DNA of 64,000 bases from Marinilabiliaceae bacterium (GCA_036350795.1 JAZBNV010000137.1:24302-88301), one strand, 5' to 3'. Positions 16,984 through 26,881 are shown, numbered from the stretch's first letter. A program made the numbers and translations. Notes: a model not told the origin generated them from the sequence alone.

Positions 16984-19170
16984 TCAGATTTCCAGGTTTG
17001 TAATTTCTTCTGTTACACTGTAATCAAATTCAGGGTACTCGTATACCGCCATTCTAGGCTCTGTTTCACCCAGGCTGTAGCCCCAGATACTTTCATATTC
17101 CCTGATATTTTCTCCCATTTCTGATAGCTGCCTGAGGTACTCGCTTATCGATTTTGATTCTATTATTATAACCTTGCCCATTTTATGGATAATAGGACTG
17201 TGAACCCTGTTTGCGTCATGGTCAAATTCCAGGATTCTCCTGCCATACCTGGTTATGCCTATTACCCTGTATGTAAGACTTTTACCCACACCAGGAAGGT
17301 TAAGCACATTACGGTCGGTAGAAAGAAAGGGGAGTCCTGCTTCATTCCTTAATTTTGCAATATTAGAAGCCAGGTTTTCTGCATCATTTGGAAATTCTTT
17401 AATTTTCCCGAAATATTTTTCGGGAATTTCGCCAAGCACTTTTTCCTCTATCTGCTCCTGCACTGCTCTTGCATTAGTGGCAAAATTAAAACTGTTCTCC
17501 ATATAGCCTTTTACAGAGAAGGTATAATATGTTAAAACGCCAATATCATTAAGTACCTGCCTTAGCTTGGCAGTATGTCCGCGCCGGCTGGCCGAAGAAG
17601 TAAATACCAGCTGGTTGGTAACGGTCCAGCCGGCCGAACTCAACAATTTAACAGCCCTTTCTGCCTCAGGTGTAATTTCCATCGGCGACTCAAAGTGTGT
17701 TTGTATCACAAACTGCTGCACTCCAATTTCCGATGCCTTTGTTTTAAACTCACGCAGTACCGAAATAAGCTCATCCGTAATCCTCTGCGGAAGGTAGGCA
17801 AGTAATCTTGAACCCAGCCTGATCCTGAGCAGTTCTGCGTACTTTTCACCATCCTTCCTCTTCTTATTTGCCTCCTTCTTTCTAAGCGCCATCTCATACA
17901 CCTCGTTCAATATTCGCTGTAGTGAAGCATCAGTACTCATCAGTGCATCTCCACCGGTAATAAGTATATCGCGCAGCTGGCTGTCTTCTTCAAAGTACTG
18001 CATTATCATCTTAAGCTTATCATTCCAGGTTTCTGCCGGTTTTAGCCTGTCGAGGTTGAAGTTCAGGTGTCCCCGCTGGAAATCATACATTCTCTGGCAC
18101 GATGAACATAAGCCTCCGCATGCCCTTCCCATTGTATCAGGGATAAGGATTGCCACTTCAGGATAGCGCCTGTGAACATTATTATATGTTGGCAGTAACC
18201 ATCCTGCAGCATTGGGTTTACCGGGCTCAACAAGGTCCTCCTTTTCCCATGCAACAATATGGCCAAACTCATCAAGCAGCTGCTGGCTGTAAACAACATA
18301 GTAGCGGATTGCCAGGTCAGCACCAATTGCAAAATACGGGACCCTTACATGAAGCAGGGAAAGGTAATATGGATTTACAAAGAAGGGAATGCCCATTTTT
18401 TCGGCATCATAAAGAATTTTCATAGTATCAGGGTCGAGAGAAGACCCCAGCATCTCGTTAAGCAGGTCGGGCGATCTGACTGCGAATCTCAGGTGAAACT
18501 GGTGCTCCTTCCACCAGTCAAGCATCTTAAGAAACTTTTGTTCCCTCGATAAGCCTTCTTCAAAATAATATTTCTTATCGTTTATCTCGCCTGCCTCAAT
18601 CCTATCGATCAGTATATTTATTATTCGCTCCCTGTTCTCTTCCCTCAGGTGAACGATCCGGGGATCATTACCTGCCGGGTACCTGTCCATCCATCCCTTT
18701 ATCTCCTTTTTTCCCGGCATCTTTAGCACATAGGTGCCCGAGAACTGCCTGAAAAGATAGAGCATATCCTCGAAGAAAGCCGGTTTTGCACCACCGGTAC
18801 CCTTCATCACAGCCATCCATATCATCTTAATGGGGTTGGAAACAGCTTTCTCTCCTCTAAGGTTAAGATCTTCGTAAGTACGACCCGCATTATCAATATA
18901 ATCCAGGATTCTGATGGCAGCATAGTCCTGCCAGGATAGTTTCTCAAAGGCCTTTCTGCCTTTAACTTCCCCCAGGTAAAACCTGAAAGCATCGGGACGC
19001 TTTGACAGCAGGTCAATTACCCAGTTCTTAACCCCCACCAGGGCTTCAGTTTCGTTCCGGGCATTGCGCATTATCTCTTCAAGTACGGGGTTCTCTTTAA
19101 GAAGCTCTTTCAGAAGATGATGCGACTTTACATTAATGGCTATCTGATCGAGTTTTACTATTTCTTCCAT
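16984..19170 (-). CDS. KamA-family (lysine 2,3-aminomutase-like) radical SAM protein, long form
   Basis: CxxxCxxC motif CGGLCSSC is encoded at 18097-18120 (residues 351-358). The ITGGDALM block is typical of KamA-type enzymes. 728 aa. Confidence 0.75.
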   Translation of the reverse strand: MEEIVKLDQIAINVKSHHLLKELLKENPVLEEIMRNARNETEALVGVKNWVIDLLSKRPDAFRFYLGEVKGRKAFEKLSWQDYAAIRILDYIDNAGRTYEDLNLRGEKAVSNPIKMIWMAVMKGTGGAKPAFFEDMLYLFRQFSGTYVLKMPGKKEIKGWMDRYPAGNDPRIVHLREENRERIINILIDRIEAGEINDKKYYFEEGLSREQKFLKMLDWWKEHQFHLRFAVRSPDLLNEMLGSSLDPDTMKILYDAEKMGIPFFVNPYYLSLLHVRVPYFAIGADLAIRYYVVYSQQLLDEFGHIVAWEKEDLVEPGKPNAAGWLLPTYNNVHRRYPEVAILIPDTMGRACGGLCSSCQRMYDFQRGHLNFNLDRLKPAETWNDKLKMIMQYFEEDSQLRDILITGGDALMSTDASLQRILNEVYEMALRKKEANKKRKDGEKYAELLRIRLGSRLLAYLPQRITDELISVLREFKTKASEIGVQQFVIQTHFESPMEITPEAERAVKLLSSAGWTVTNQLVFTSSASRRGHTAKLRQVLNDIGVLTYYTFSVKGYMENSFNFATNARAVQEQIEEKVLGEIPEKYFGKIKEFPNDAENLASNIAKLRNEAGLPFLSTDRNVLNLPGVGKSLTYRVIGITRYGRRILEFDHDANRVHSPIIHKMGKVIIIESKSISEYLRQLSEMGENIREYESIWGYSLGETEPRMAVYEYPEFDYSVTEEITNLEI

Positions 19171-19267
19171 GGATTAGTGGTTTTGACTTAGATATTAAGT
19201 ATGACCTTAATATTCACAAGTTATAATAAAAATATCAAAATGAAAGATTAATTAACAGATTCCTGTA

Positions 19268-19792
19268 TTACTGTTCAAGCAATTCGAGCCTTCCAGGTTT
19301 GCCCGGAATTCCCTGTATATTGTCTTTTATACTTGTTGCATATCTAACAATTACCCAGGTCATAGACTTATTTTCCAAACGAAGATTATTTGAATTGCTT
19401 TCATTAACCGGATTGCAGATTGAAAGTCTGATAATGGTTTCATCTGTATCTGATATATCCTTATTCCGGATATATCTTATAATGTTGCCATACATATCCA
19501 GGAAAGCAATACTAAAATAATCACACAAAGGCGGTATATTTATCCTGTATCCCCTGGGTCCTCTTTTAAGAAATGTTACTGAATAATAAGTCTCACAATT
19601 GGGCTTAACAATATATTTTACCTTATGATCAACTTTCTCTGAAAAATGCTTAAACTCCCCGCATATATAGCCTTCTTTTTTAAATGCGCTGTAAATCTTT
19701 TTCACCTCCCACAAAGGATATCTTAAAACAGAGAGACCCAAACCCATTAAAAAACCGGTAAGAAGAGCAATAGCACAAAAAATTATTATCAT
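19268..19792 (-). CDS. hypothetical protein with N-terminal TM anchor (last gene of the sulfation cluster)
   Basis: 174 aa with an N-terminal hydrophobic helix and an ATGA overlap with the upstream gene. No family recognised. Confidence 0.5.
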   Translation of the reverse strand: MIIIFCAIALLTGFLMGLGLSVLRYPLWEVKKIYSAFKKEGYICGEFKHFSEKVDHKVKYIVKPNCETYYSVTFLKRGPRGYRINIPPLCDYFSIAFLDMYGNIIRYIRNKDISDTDETIIRLSICNPVNESNSNNLRLENKSMTWVIVRYATSIKDNIQGIPGKPGRLELLEQ

Positions 19793-20409
19793 CTTATTTT
19801 TATTATAACAGGTAATTTCATCATTTCGGCACCTCTCTTAACTTTCATTGAATCAAGGGGTCTGTAACATCTCAGGGCGAGTGAAAAGTTTTCCTCCTCA
19901 CGAGGGAGTGGAATCATAAACTTTTCATTTTTTGTATAGTCAGCTCTTAGATTAATACAAAGCTTCCGCTTTGAATCAATAACCAGGCTATTACAGCTTC
20001 TAAACATATATTTATTAAAAGGATTATTTACGAGGTATTTGTCTTTACCATATACGGTAATACTCCAGAAACCAAAATTTTCATAGTCAACCTTTATGTC
20101 ATCAGTCAGAATTATATCATAATTATATGCTGAATTTAACTGATCGCCATCAGAATCTGTGAAAGCATTCCAGTAGATTGTTTCATCGCTGCTATTGGCC
20201 CCCAGTCCAATCCTGGCAATCGCCGATCGCTCTATAGCGGGGGTTTCCTTTCTTCCAACACCAAGATGTGTTTTCCATGGCCCGTTTGAGACACCCCGGC
20301 CCTTAGATTTCTCAGCAAGCAGATCCATCAAATACGGAAAAAGAAATATCGCCAACAGAAGCCCTGTTATAAGCAACACAATAAGCAGGAGTATCTCTGA
20401 AATATTCAT
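19789..20409 (-). CDS. TM-anchored DUF1214-domain protein
   Basis: N-terminal TM helix. GFWSITVYG matches the FWS[LI]T[LMV]Y signature I associate with DUF1214. ATGA overlap with the MMPL gene. Confidence 0.6.
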   Translation of the reverse strand: MNISEILLLIVLLITGLLLAIFLFPYLMDLLAEKSKGRGVSNGPWKTHLGVGRKETPAIERSAIARIGLGANSSDETIYWNAFTDSDGDQLNSAYNYDIILTDDIKVDYENFGFWSITVYGKDKYLVNNPFNKYMFRSCNSLVIDSKRKLCINLRADYTKNEKFMIPLPREEENFSLALRCYRPLDSMKVKRGAEMMKLPVIIKIR

Positions 20410-22574
20410 TTAACAGTTTTAATTCCAAGTAAGGCAGGAAGAAGTATAATATCATATATCAATGCCATCATAACATTCAGAGAAATAAATATTCCCATAA
20501 ACATTATAGGCCGGTAACTTGAGAAAACAAGAACCGAGAAGCCACATATCAGCAAAAAAGTAGTAAGCACCAGTGGTCTGCCTACACTTAACATTACCGA
20601 TTTTACTTTATCTGCCCAGTTATTACCAGGCAATGAATAATAACTTGCTGCAAAATGGATAGTATCATCAATCGCAATCCCAAGCGAAATTGAAGCCAGC
20701 AGTACTGTTGCAACATCAATTGGTATACCAATAAAACCCATTATTCCCATCGTAAAAAGAACCGGCAAAATATTCGGTATCATAAATAAAAAGGCAAAAA
20801 GAGCTTTTCTGAAAAGCACCCAGAATACCAGAAGAATAAGAATAAAGGCCAGCAGTAATGAAGTAACCTGGCTTACTACAAGCCTCTTACTCAGATCAGC
20901 AAATAATACTGTAGTACCTGTAATAAAATAATTAATATCCTGTCTTAACTCCAGACTATTCATCACCCCATTTATCTCGTCGGTCAAAATCTCAATGCTT
21001 CTGTCGTTAAGCCATGGAGACTTTAAAGTAATTCTCATCATCTTCCCGTCTGCTGACAGGAAATTTTTTATTGCCTTATTATCTGTAATAAGAGCTTTCA
21101 GGGCACTTGCATCCTTAATGATTATTCCCATATTGTTTTGAAGGTCGCTTAACACTGAGACAGGTGATTGTACCGATCTTATATTATCCAAAACAGAAAG
21201 CTTCTCATGTAATTCTTTTAATAAATCACTTATATATTCCGGATCATCTATCAATGGCTTCTCGGATTTAAGTATTATTTCTATCGGGTAAACAGCCCCG
21301 AACCATTCCTCAGACTTTTTAACAGCAATTCTCACTTTGTTATCTTTTTTCAGATAGGTAACCTGATCAGTACTAAACCGTAGCATTGTTACACCTGTAA
21401 GAGAAAAAAGAAAAAGAACAAAAGCTATTACAACTATGATTCTTTTATTTGCAGAAATCAGGTCGACTGTCCTAACAAAGAAATGATTAAATCTTTGTGA
21501 CATAACAGGCACAGGTGCTGTCCGATAAAAATACAGAATGGGAAGTAGTGTAAACGACAGTAAAAACGATACGATAACTCCAAATGAAGCTACTTTACCA
21601 AAGTCCGATATTGGATCAATCCTGCTAAAGCAAAATACAGAAAGAGCAATGGCTGTTGTAAGTGCGGAGAAGAAACAATTCCGAAAAATCGCTCTAAAGG
21701 TTTCAAGTACATTCTCAGTCTTTGTACCTCTTGAATGTAAATCACTTATTCTTGAGATAAAATGCACCGAGTAGGCCAGGCTGATAACCAGTATTATTAA
21801 AGGCAGTATGCTTACCACCACATTGATTTTTATCCCCAGAATCACCAGGAAACCAAGTGAAATTACAATAGTTATTACTGAAATAATTATTGGAACCAGG
21901 GCTTCAATAATTCTTCTGAATAATAATAAGCTGATAAGAAGCATAATAACAACTGCTGAAATAAAGAACTGTTTTGATTCAACCATTGATAGCCTGTTAA
22001 CCTCCTCTTTTAAGGGAGCCACACCGAATAACACAAATTCTGATCCTTCCGGTAATAGTGCTAAAGAAATTTGCTCAATATCTGTAATTACTTCAGATCT
22101 TTGCCTGTTACTGAGCAAAGTCACTGTATAACTTACAGTTTCTGCACTGGAGGACAAAAGATTATCTTTAACTGTCTCATATGACAGAAGTCTTTCTTTC
22201 AACGCATCGTGACCGGCTCCGGCGGGGAGATTTGCCAGCAGGGGATATTTCAGTCCAGCCAGGCAATACACATCATCCACACCTTCAATTGATAAAAGAC
22301 TATCGTATAGACTTCGTTGGATTTGAAGCTTCTCAGGACTGAGTAAAAGAGTATCATGATAAAACAGAATTATTGTCTCATCACTGCCAAATTCACTGAT
22401 AAATGTTTTAAACCCGATGTATTCCTGGCTTGAATTATCCATCCAGATTTCAACTTCATTATATACAGTCAGTTTCCTCAGCATTAACAAACAAAAAACA
22501 AATACCAGAAGAATAATTCCTACAATTATTTTCCTGTAAAACAGAATATATCTGGCCAATTTATCAATACTCAT
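20406..22574 (-). CDS. MMPL/RND-superfamily exporter
   Basis: 722 aa with two blocks of about 6 TM helices, each preceded by a soluble loop. Typical of MMPL/HpnN-like lipid exporters. Confidence 0.8.
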   Translation of the reverse strand: MSIDKLARYILFYRKIIVGIILLVFVFCLLMLRKLTVYNEVEIWMDNSSQEYIGFKTFISEFGSDETIILFYHDTLLLSPEKLQIQRSLYDSLLSIEGVDDVYCLAGLKYPLLANLPAGAGHDALKERLLSYETVKDNLLSSSAETVSYTVTLLSNRQRSEVITDIEQISLALLPEGSEFVLFGVAPLKEEVNRLSMVESKQFFISAVVIMLLISLLLFRRIIEALVPIIISVITIVISLGFLVILGIKINVVVSILPLIILVISLAYSVHFISRISDLHSRGTKTENVLETFRAIFRNCFFSALTTAIALSVFCFSRIDPISDFGKVASFGVIVSFLLSFTLLPILYFYRTAPVPVMSQRFNHFFVRTVDLISANKRIIVVIAFVLFLFSLTGVTMLRFSTDQVTYLKKDNKVRIAVKKSEEWFGAVYPIEIILKSEKPLIDDPEYISDLLKELHEKLSVLDNIRSVQSPVSVLSDLQNNMGIIIKDASALKALITDNKAIKNFLSADGKMMRITLKSPWLNDRSIEILTDEINGVMNSLELRQDINYFITGTTVLFADLSKRLVVSQVTSLLLAFILILLVFWVLFRKALFAFLFMIPNILPVLFTMGIMGFIGIPIDVATVLLASISLGIAIDDTIHFAASYYSLPGNNWADKVKSVMLSVGRPLVLTTFLLICGFSVLVFSSYRPIMFMGIFISLNVMMALIYDIILLPALLGIKTVK

Positions 22575-23439
22575 AATCTGATTTAAGATTTTGAAGAATT
22601 AAGTTGTTTACTTCATCCGGCCTTTCATATACTGCCAGATGCCCTCCTCCTTGAATAAGGTTAATTTGCTCAATACCGCAAATATGCCGGTGATATTCTG
22701 CTTCCCGTTTTAATGGGGCAACCTTATTGCACTGACCCCAAATAAGTAGCGATTTACTTATATCAGGTCCGGATTTAATAATATTCGCCAGAGTATATGA
22801 CCCTGATGCAAACAGGAGATTAATCCTTGACCTCGTTTGCTTTGAAGTTTTAAACTTGGCCTCATATTTAAGGAAAAGCGGATCTGATTTATCTGGTTTA
22901 TTTCCGAAGAGAATCGCAGGGAAGCGTTTTCTTAATATTGTTCGTGTGGCGAGATAGCCCATTACTTTGCCCAGCACTTCTTTAAAGCGCTTATTGGATG
23001 TACGGAGAATCAGGAACTTCATCAGCCTGTTTCTTATAAGTCTTTCACCGGGACAGATATTTGATAATATGAGCCTGTCGATCATTTCAGGAAAGGTTTT
23101 CTTTAAATAAATCCCGATTGTTGCTCCAATACAATTCCCAATAATTGTAAGCCTGTTAATATCCAGTTTCTTACAAAATTCTATTACTATACTGGAATTG
23201 AACCCTAAATCATAGGGTGTGTCTGCTTCCTGGGACTTGCCAAAACCAGGCAGATCAAGAGCAATTGTTCTGAAAGAATCTTTAAAGAATAATATTTGAT
23301 TTATCCATATTTGCCAGAAGCCGCCGCCGTTATGAATAAAAAGCAGTACAGGTCCGGAGCCTTCATCGATATAATTTATTTCCAGGCCGGAGCAGCTAAT
23401 AGTCCTCTCCCTGATACTGCTGAAATTGTTTTTTATCAT
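22564..23439 (-). CDS. alpha/beta-fold hydrolase with Cys in the nucleophile-elbow position
   Basis: Oxyanion region VLLFIHNGGG. Nucleophile elbow G-N-C-I-G (Cys103 codon TGT at 23131-23133). C-terminal GGGHLAVYERPDEV supplies the catalytic His. Confidence 0.8.
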   Translation of the reverse strand: MIKNNFSSIRERTISCSGLEINYIDEGSGPVLLFIHNGGGFWQIWINQILFFKDSFRTIALDLPGFGKSQEADTPYDLGFNSSIVIEFCKKLDINRLTIIGNCIGATIGIYLKKTFPEMIDRLILSNICPGERLIRNRLMKFLILRTSNKRFKEVLGKVMGYLATRTILRKRFPAILFGNKPDKSDPLFLKYEAKFKTSKQTRSRINLLFASGSYTLANIIKSGPDISKSLLIWGQCNKVAPLKREAEYHRHICGIEQINLIQGGGHLAVYERPDEVNNLILQNLKSDYEY

Positions 23440-23445
23440 CGTATT

Positions 23446-24582
23446 CTATAATAATTCGTCAGGGACTATACCTTTTAGCCTGTCCCTTATATAATCTCTG
23501 TTTACCTGGATAGCCTCATAGCGGTGCTTACTGCGGTATTTGCCCTTCCCATATTCTTTCACAATTTTTTCATATCTATCCTTTCTGATGCTCATACCCA
23601 GAAACTCATATATGTTCAAAAATACTTCAGCAGGTTCTTCCCTTATCTTTTCGAACCTGACAATAATTGATTTACCAGATGCTGGTCCAGACAGTATAGA
23701 GCTGGCATGAATATACCAGTTAACCATAAACTCTGTTGTATCTTCCTTCAGGGGATTTTTCTCTGGAAGCCTGCAGAAATTTGAAAATATATTTGAATTA
23801 AGACTGATTGTTGATGGTATGGTTTCATATGGTGACCGGAGAGGATATATTATATATGCACCCGGGAATTTCTTTACTATTGAGTCAAACCTGGGAATAA
23901 AGGTTGGATTTTTTGAGAGAAAGAATGCCTTTTCTTTCCTGTCAAACACATAATTATGGCGTTGTATACACCTGAAATAGAAATTAATGTTCCTTTTTTT
24001 TACTTTTTCAGGTACCTGCGTATCGTGGTAAAGAAATTTATCCAGAATCTTAAGCCCGGGAAAGAAATAATATAGATATAGAGATGAGAAATTGTATAAA
24101 AACAGAACTTCATCTTCTTCTGGTTTTGAAAGGCCCATTTCATGGATATTTCTGAAATCTCCAAATATTATTTTATCCAAAAACCTGCTTAGCCGCAGAA
24201 GAAAACACCCACACTTTCTGTCGAGCCATATAAGGCCCAGGAAAAAATATTTTTGAATAATTGATGGAGCAAAGACCAGCTCCCACATCTTAAATCCATG
24301 AAAGTTAATCCTGTCTTCCAAAAGGACCTTGAAAAGAAAAGTGGTAGCGCTCCGCGGTACGCCAATAATAAATACAGCTTTCTTCACCTGTAATTTCCTG
24401 TATGGAAAGAAAAATATTTCATCCAGCAACAGGAAAAAATGATTGCTTATAAATAATAGCGCAAACAGAGGGTAGCTTATCAGCACAGCAATTATTCTCC
24501 TTGGTGAAATAAACCTCAGACTGCCGGGCTTAAGTGAAAAAGTATTCAAAAGCAATATTATTAAGATCCTGAGCTTGTACAC
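23446..24582 (-). CDS. PAPS-dependent sulfotransferase with N-terminal hydrophobic anchor
   Basis: 5'-phosphosulfate-binding loop IIGVPRSATTFLFKVL and a 3'-phosphate-binding-like LRSPYETIPS. The first ~60 residues are strongly hydrophobic. Confidence 0.75.
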   Translation of the reverse strand: MYKLRILIILLLNTFSLKPGSLRFISPRRIIAVLISYPLFALLFISNHFFLLLDEIFFFPYRKLQVKKAVFIIGVPRSATTFLFKVLLEDRINFHGFKMWELVFAPSIIQKYFFLGLIWLDRKCGCFLLRLSRFLDKIIFGDFRNIHEMGLSKPEEDEVLFLYNFSSLYLYYFFPGLKILDKFLYHDTQVPEKVKKRNINFYFRCIQRHNYVFDRKEKAFFLSKNPTFIPRFDSIVKKFPGAYIIYPLRSPYETIPSTISLNSNIFSNFCRLPEKNPLKEDTTEFMVNWYIHASSILSGPASGKSIIVRFEKIREEPAEVFLNIYEFLGMSIRKDRYEKIVKEYGKGKYRSKHRYEAIQVNRDYIRDRLKGIVPDELL

Positions 24583-24587
24583 AAGTC

Positions 24588-25583
24588 CTAGTATTTAAAA
24601 AGAATGCTTCCTATTGCGAATCCTGCTGCTGTACCTGCAAGTAAACAGTTCTGACCCCTGTTCAGAATTCCTTTATCTATTACATCATGCAGGCACATTG
24701 GTATAGATGCCGATATAACATTGCCATGAGTCTCAAGGTTGCTGTATATCTTATCTGAAAGTTCGGGAAATAAAGACCTGAACAGATTTATGCCTGCTTT
24801 ACTTGCCTGGTGCGGTGCAATCACATCAACAACCGAATAATCAAGTTCCGCCTCTTGAAAGAAATTCCTGAAAAACACAGCTAATTCCTTCCTTGCAAGT
24901 CGCAACAATTTTCGCCCATCCATGCTAAAACAGTGTATCTCAGGGTCATAAGGACAGTCCCTGGGAGGATACACATTCCCTCCACCTTTAATTATCGAAT
25001 AATCAAATCCTTCAGAATAAACTCTAATCATGCTCTTAATCACACCTCTTTCTTCTTTGTCCCTCTCAAGAATTACGGCCGCTGCACCATCCCCAAACAG
25101 GGTAATAATCTCCTCTTTTTGTTCCCATAAACCCTTTGAAGATGCCTCTGAGCTCACAATAGCTATTCGACGGTATTCTCCATTTGATATCAGAGACGAA
25201 GCAAGGTCAAAAGCAGAGATAAAACTCAGGCAGCTGGTATTTATATCAAATGCCGGAATTCTTCTTTCCAATTCAGAAGAAAAATGTTTCAGTATAAATG
25301 CAGCCTGAAAGGGCAATATGTAATCGAAGGTAGCTGAGGCATTTATAAGCAGGTCTATATCATCAATCTTCAGTCCGGCATTTGCGAGTGCTGCTTTTAA
25401 TGCATTATACCCCATTTCGGCATTCGTTTCACCATCGACCCATGAACGCTCTCTCACTCCCGAGAATCTTTCTGCCCAACCTGAGGGTAAATTAAGCTTT
25501 GCTTCCAGATCAGCAGAATTGACTTTGTGCCCCGGCAAATACTTGCCTGTTCCTGCAATTCTTACCTTATTAATTATATTCAT
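24588..25583 (-). CDS. KAS III (FabH)-like thiolase-superfamily condensing enzyme
   Basis: Cys-His-Asn triad in NTSCLSF, APHQASK and HGNVISAS. I prefer the ATG at 25583 (MNIINKVRIAGTGKYLP) because the 52-residue extension in the track overlaps the upstream CDS. Confidence 0.85.
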   Translation of the reverse strand: MNIINKVRIAGTGKYLPGHKVNSADLEAKLNLPSGWAERFSGVRERSWVDGETNAEMGYNALKAALANAGLKIDDIDLLINASATFDYILPFQAAFILKHFSSELERRIPAFDINTSCLSFISAFDLASSLISNGEYRRIAIVSSEASSKGLWEQKEEIITLFGDGAAAVILERDKEERGVIKSMIRVYSEGFDYSIIKGGGNVYPPRDCPYDPEIHCFSMDGRKLLRLARKELAVFFRNFFQEAELDYSVVDVIAPHQASKAGINLFRSLFPELSDKIYSNLETHGNVISASIPMCLHDVIDKGILNRGQNCLLAGTAAGFAIGSILFKY

Positions 25584-26871
25584 TTCGGATCCTCCTGAGT
25601 TTGACTCCTGTTTCCATAATGTTTGATGCCCTGAACAATACCCTGCAGTCTTTAATATTATACTTTGAGAGCAGATTCTCGATGCCTGCCAGAATGGAAC
25701 TACTGACAATGTCGCTATTAGCAATATTATAGCATTCAAAATACACCTCCAATGTCTTTATGCCAGTCTGACAGATAGTATAATACCTTATCTCATCAGA
25801 AGCCAGGGCAACTGCTCTTCTAAGGTAATCAGGAAAAATATCCACCAGCATATTTCTATTGTCGGGCAAACGTATAATATCATCGTTCCGGCCTTCAATT
25901 CTATCTATTACCGGAAGACTGATCCCGCAGTCACAATCATCTCCATCAACCAGTATATCATCAAGTCTGTATCTTACAACTGGTTGAGATCGCCTGTAGA
26001 GGTCTGTAATTACAGGATTATACCTTCCGCTTTCCCTGTCAACATAATCTTTCTCTATTATCAGGAAATCTGTATTAAGGTGGATTCTGCCTTTGCTGCA
26101 CCTGAATCCAATAAAACCTTCCGTGGCCTGGTAAACCTCTCCAATCTTGAGCCCGAATATCTCTTGTAAATATATTTCATCCTGCTTCTCCAGGATTTCT
26201 GCAATTGAAATTACTTTTTTAAAACCTGGTTTAATATTATTATCCTCATAAAGCTTCGCCAGCATTAACAATACAGATGGCTGAGCAACCAGGATATCAG
26301 CTTTAAGGCTAATTAAATGCTGAAAACTTTCTCCAACAGGCTTTAGCAGGTCAAAATAATTAAACTTAAGCAGTGCGGACCCTGAAGATTCATATAACCT
26401 GGAGTTTGCCCTGAGAAAAAACGCAACTGTCCTTTTACGAAAAGACAGACCAATCACTCTATGCAGTATAGCGGCAATCCACATAGCTCTCTCCCTTTCC
26501 GAGGCAAGAAACACGCCCTTATTACCTGAAGTACCGGTTGACAATCCTACAGTTATGCTGTTTAGTGTTTCCGAAAAGTCCCTTCTTTCTTCTGCCAGTG
26601 CTGCCAGGCTGTTTGCGTCTGTAAGTTTTAATCCAACTGTATTAATAGTATCAAAATTCTTCATAAAAATCTCCTTGTTTATTATTGGAAACTCATGAAG
26701 TTCTTTATTTCGAATATTCATCCTGGAATAGAAGCCCGACAATTCCAGGTGCCTTTTAAGTTTCTTAAACCTCTTTTCCTGAAGGACTTTTAGCTTTTCA
26801 TTACTTTTTTTATGATCCCTGTTTAAGTAAAAGGCCAGTAGTTGATATAATATTATAATTCTGAATTTCAT
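25570..26871 (-). CDS. adenylate-forming enzyme, coenzyme F390 synthetase / PaaK-like
   Basis: 433 aa with a phosphate-binding loop GLSTGTSGNKGVF and YQATEGFIG. The size and motif order match the PaaK/F390-synthetase branch of ANL enzymes. Confidence 0.7.
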   Translation of the reverse strand: MKFRIIILYQLLAFYLNRDHKKSNEKLKVLQEKRFKKLKRHLELSGFYSRMNIRNKELHEFPIINKEIFMKNFDTINTVGLKLTDANSLAALAEERRDFSETLNSITVGLSTGTSGNKGVFLASERERAMWIAAILHRVIGLSFRKRTVAFFLRANSRLYESSGSALLKFNYFDLLKPVGESFQHLISLKADILVAQPSVLLMLAKLYEDNNIKPGFKKVISIAEILEKQDEIYLQEIFGLKIGEVYQATEGFIGFRCSKGRIHLNTDFLIIEKDYVDRESGRYNPVITDLYRRSQPVVRYRLDDILVDGDDCDCGISLPVIDRIEGRNDDIIRLPDNRNMLVDIFPDYLRRAVALASDEIRYYTICQTGIKTLEVYFECYNIANSDIVSSSILAGIENLLSKYNIKDCRVLFRASNIMETGVKLRRIRNEYN

Positions 26872-26881
26872 TCTTTATCAC

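Noticed and set aside
25584-25739. 52-residue N-terminal extension of the KAS III-like ORF; similar track extensions at 15883, 46156, 56176 and 47921
   Set aside because: The extensions overlap the preceding CDS or lack similarity to the family N-terminus. Internal ATGs give canonical N-termini (for example MNIINKVRIAGTGKYLP, MAHPKRKTS, and MKKTL with a signal peptide).
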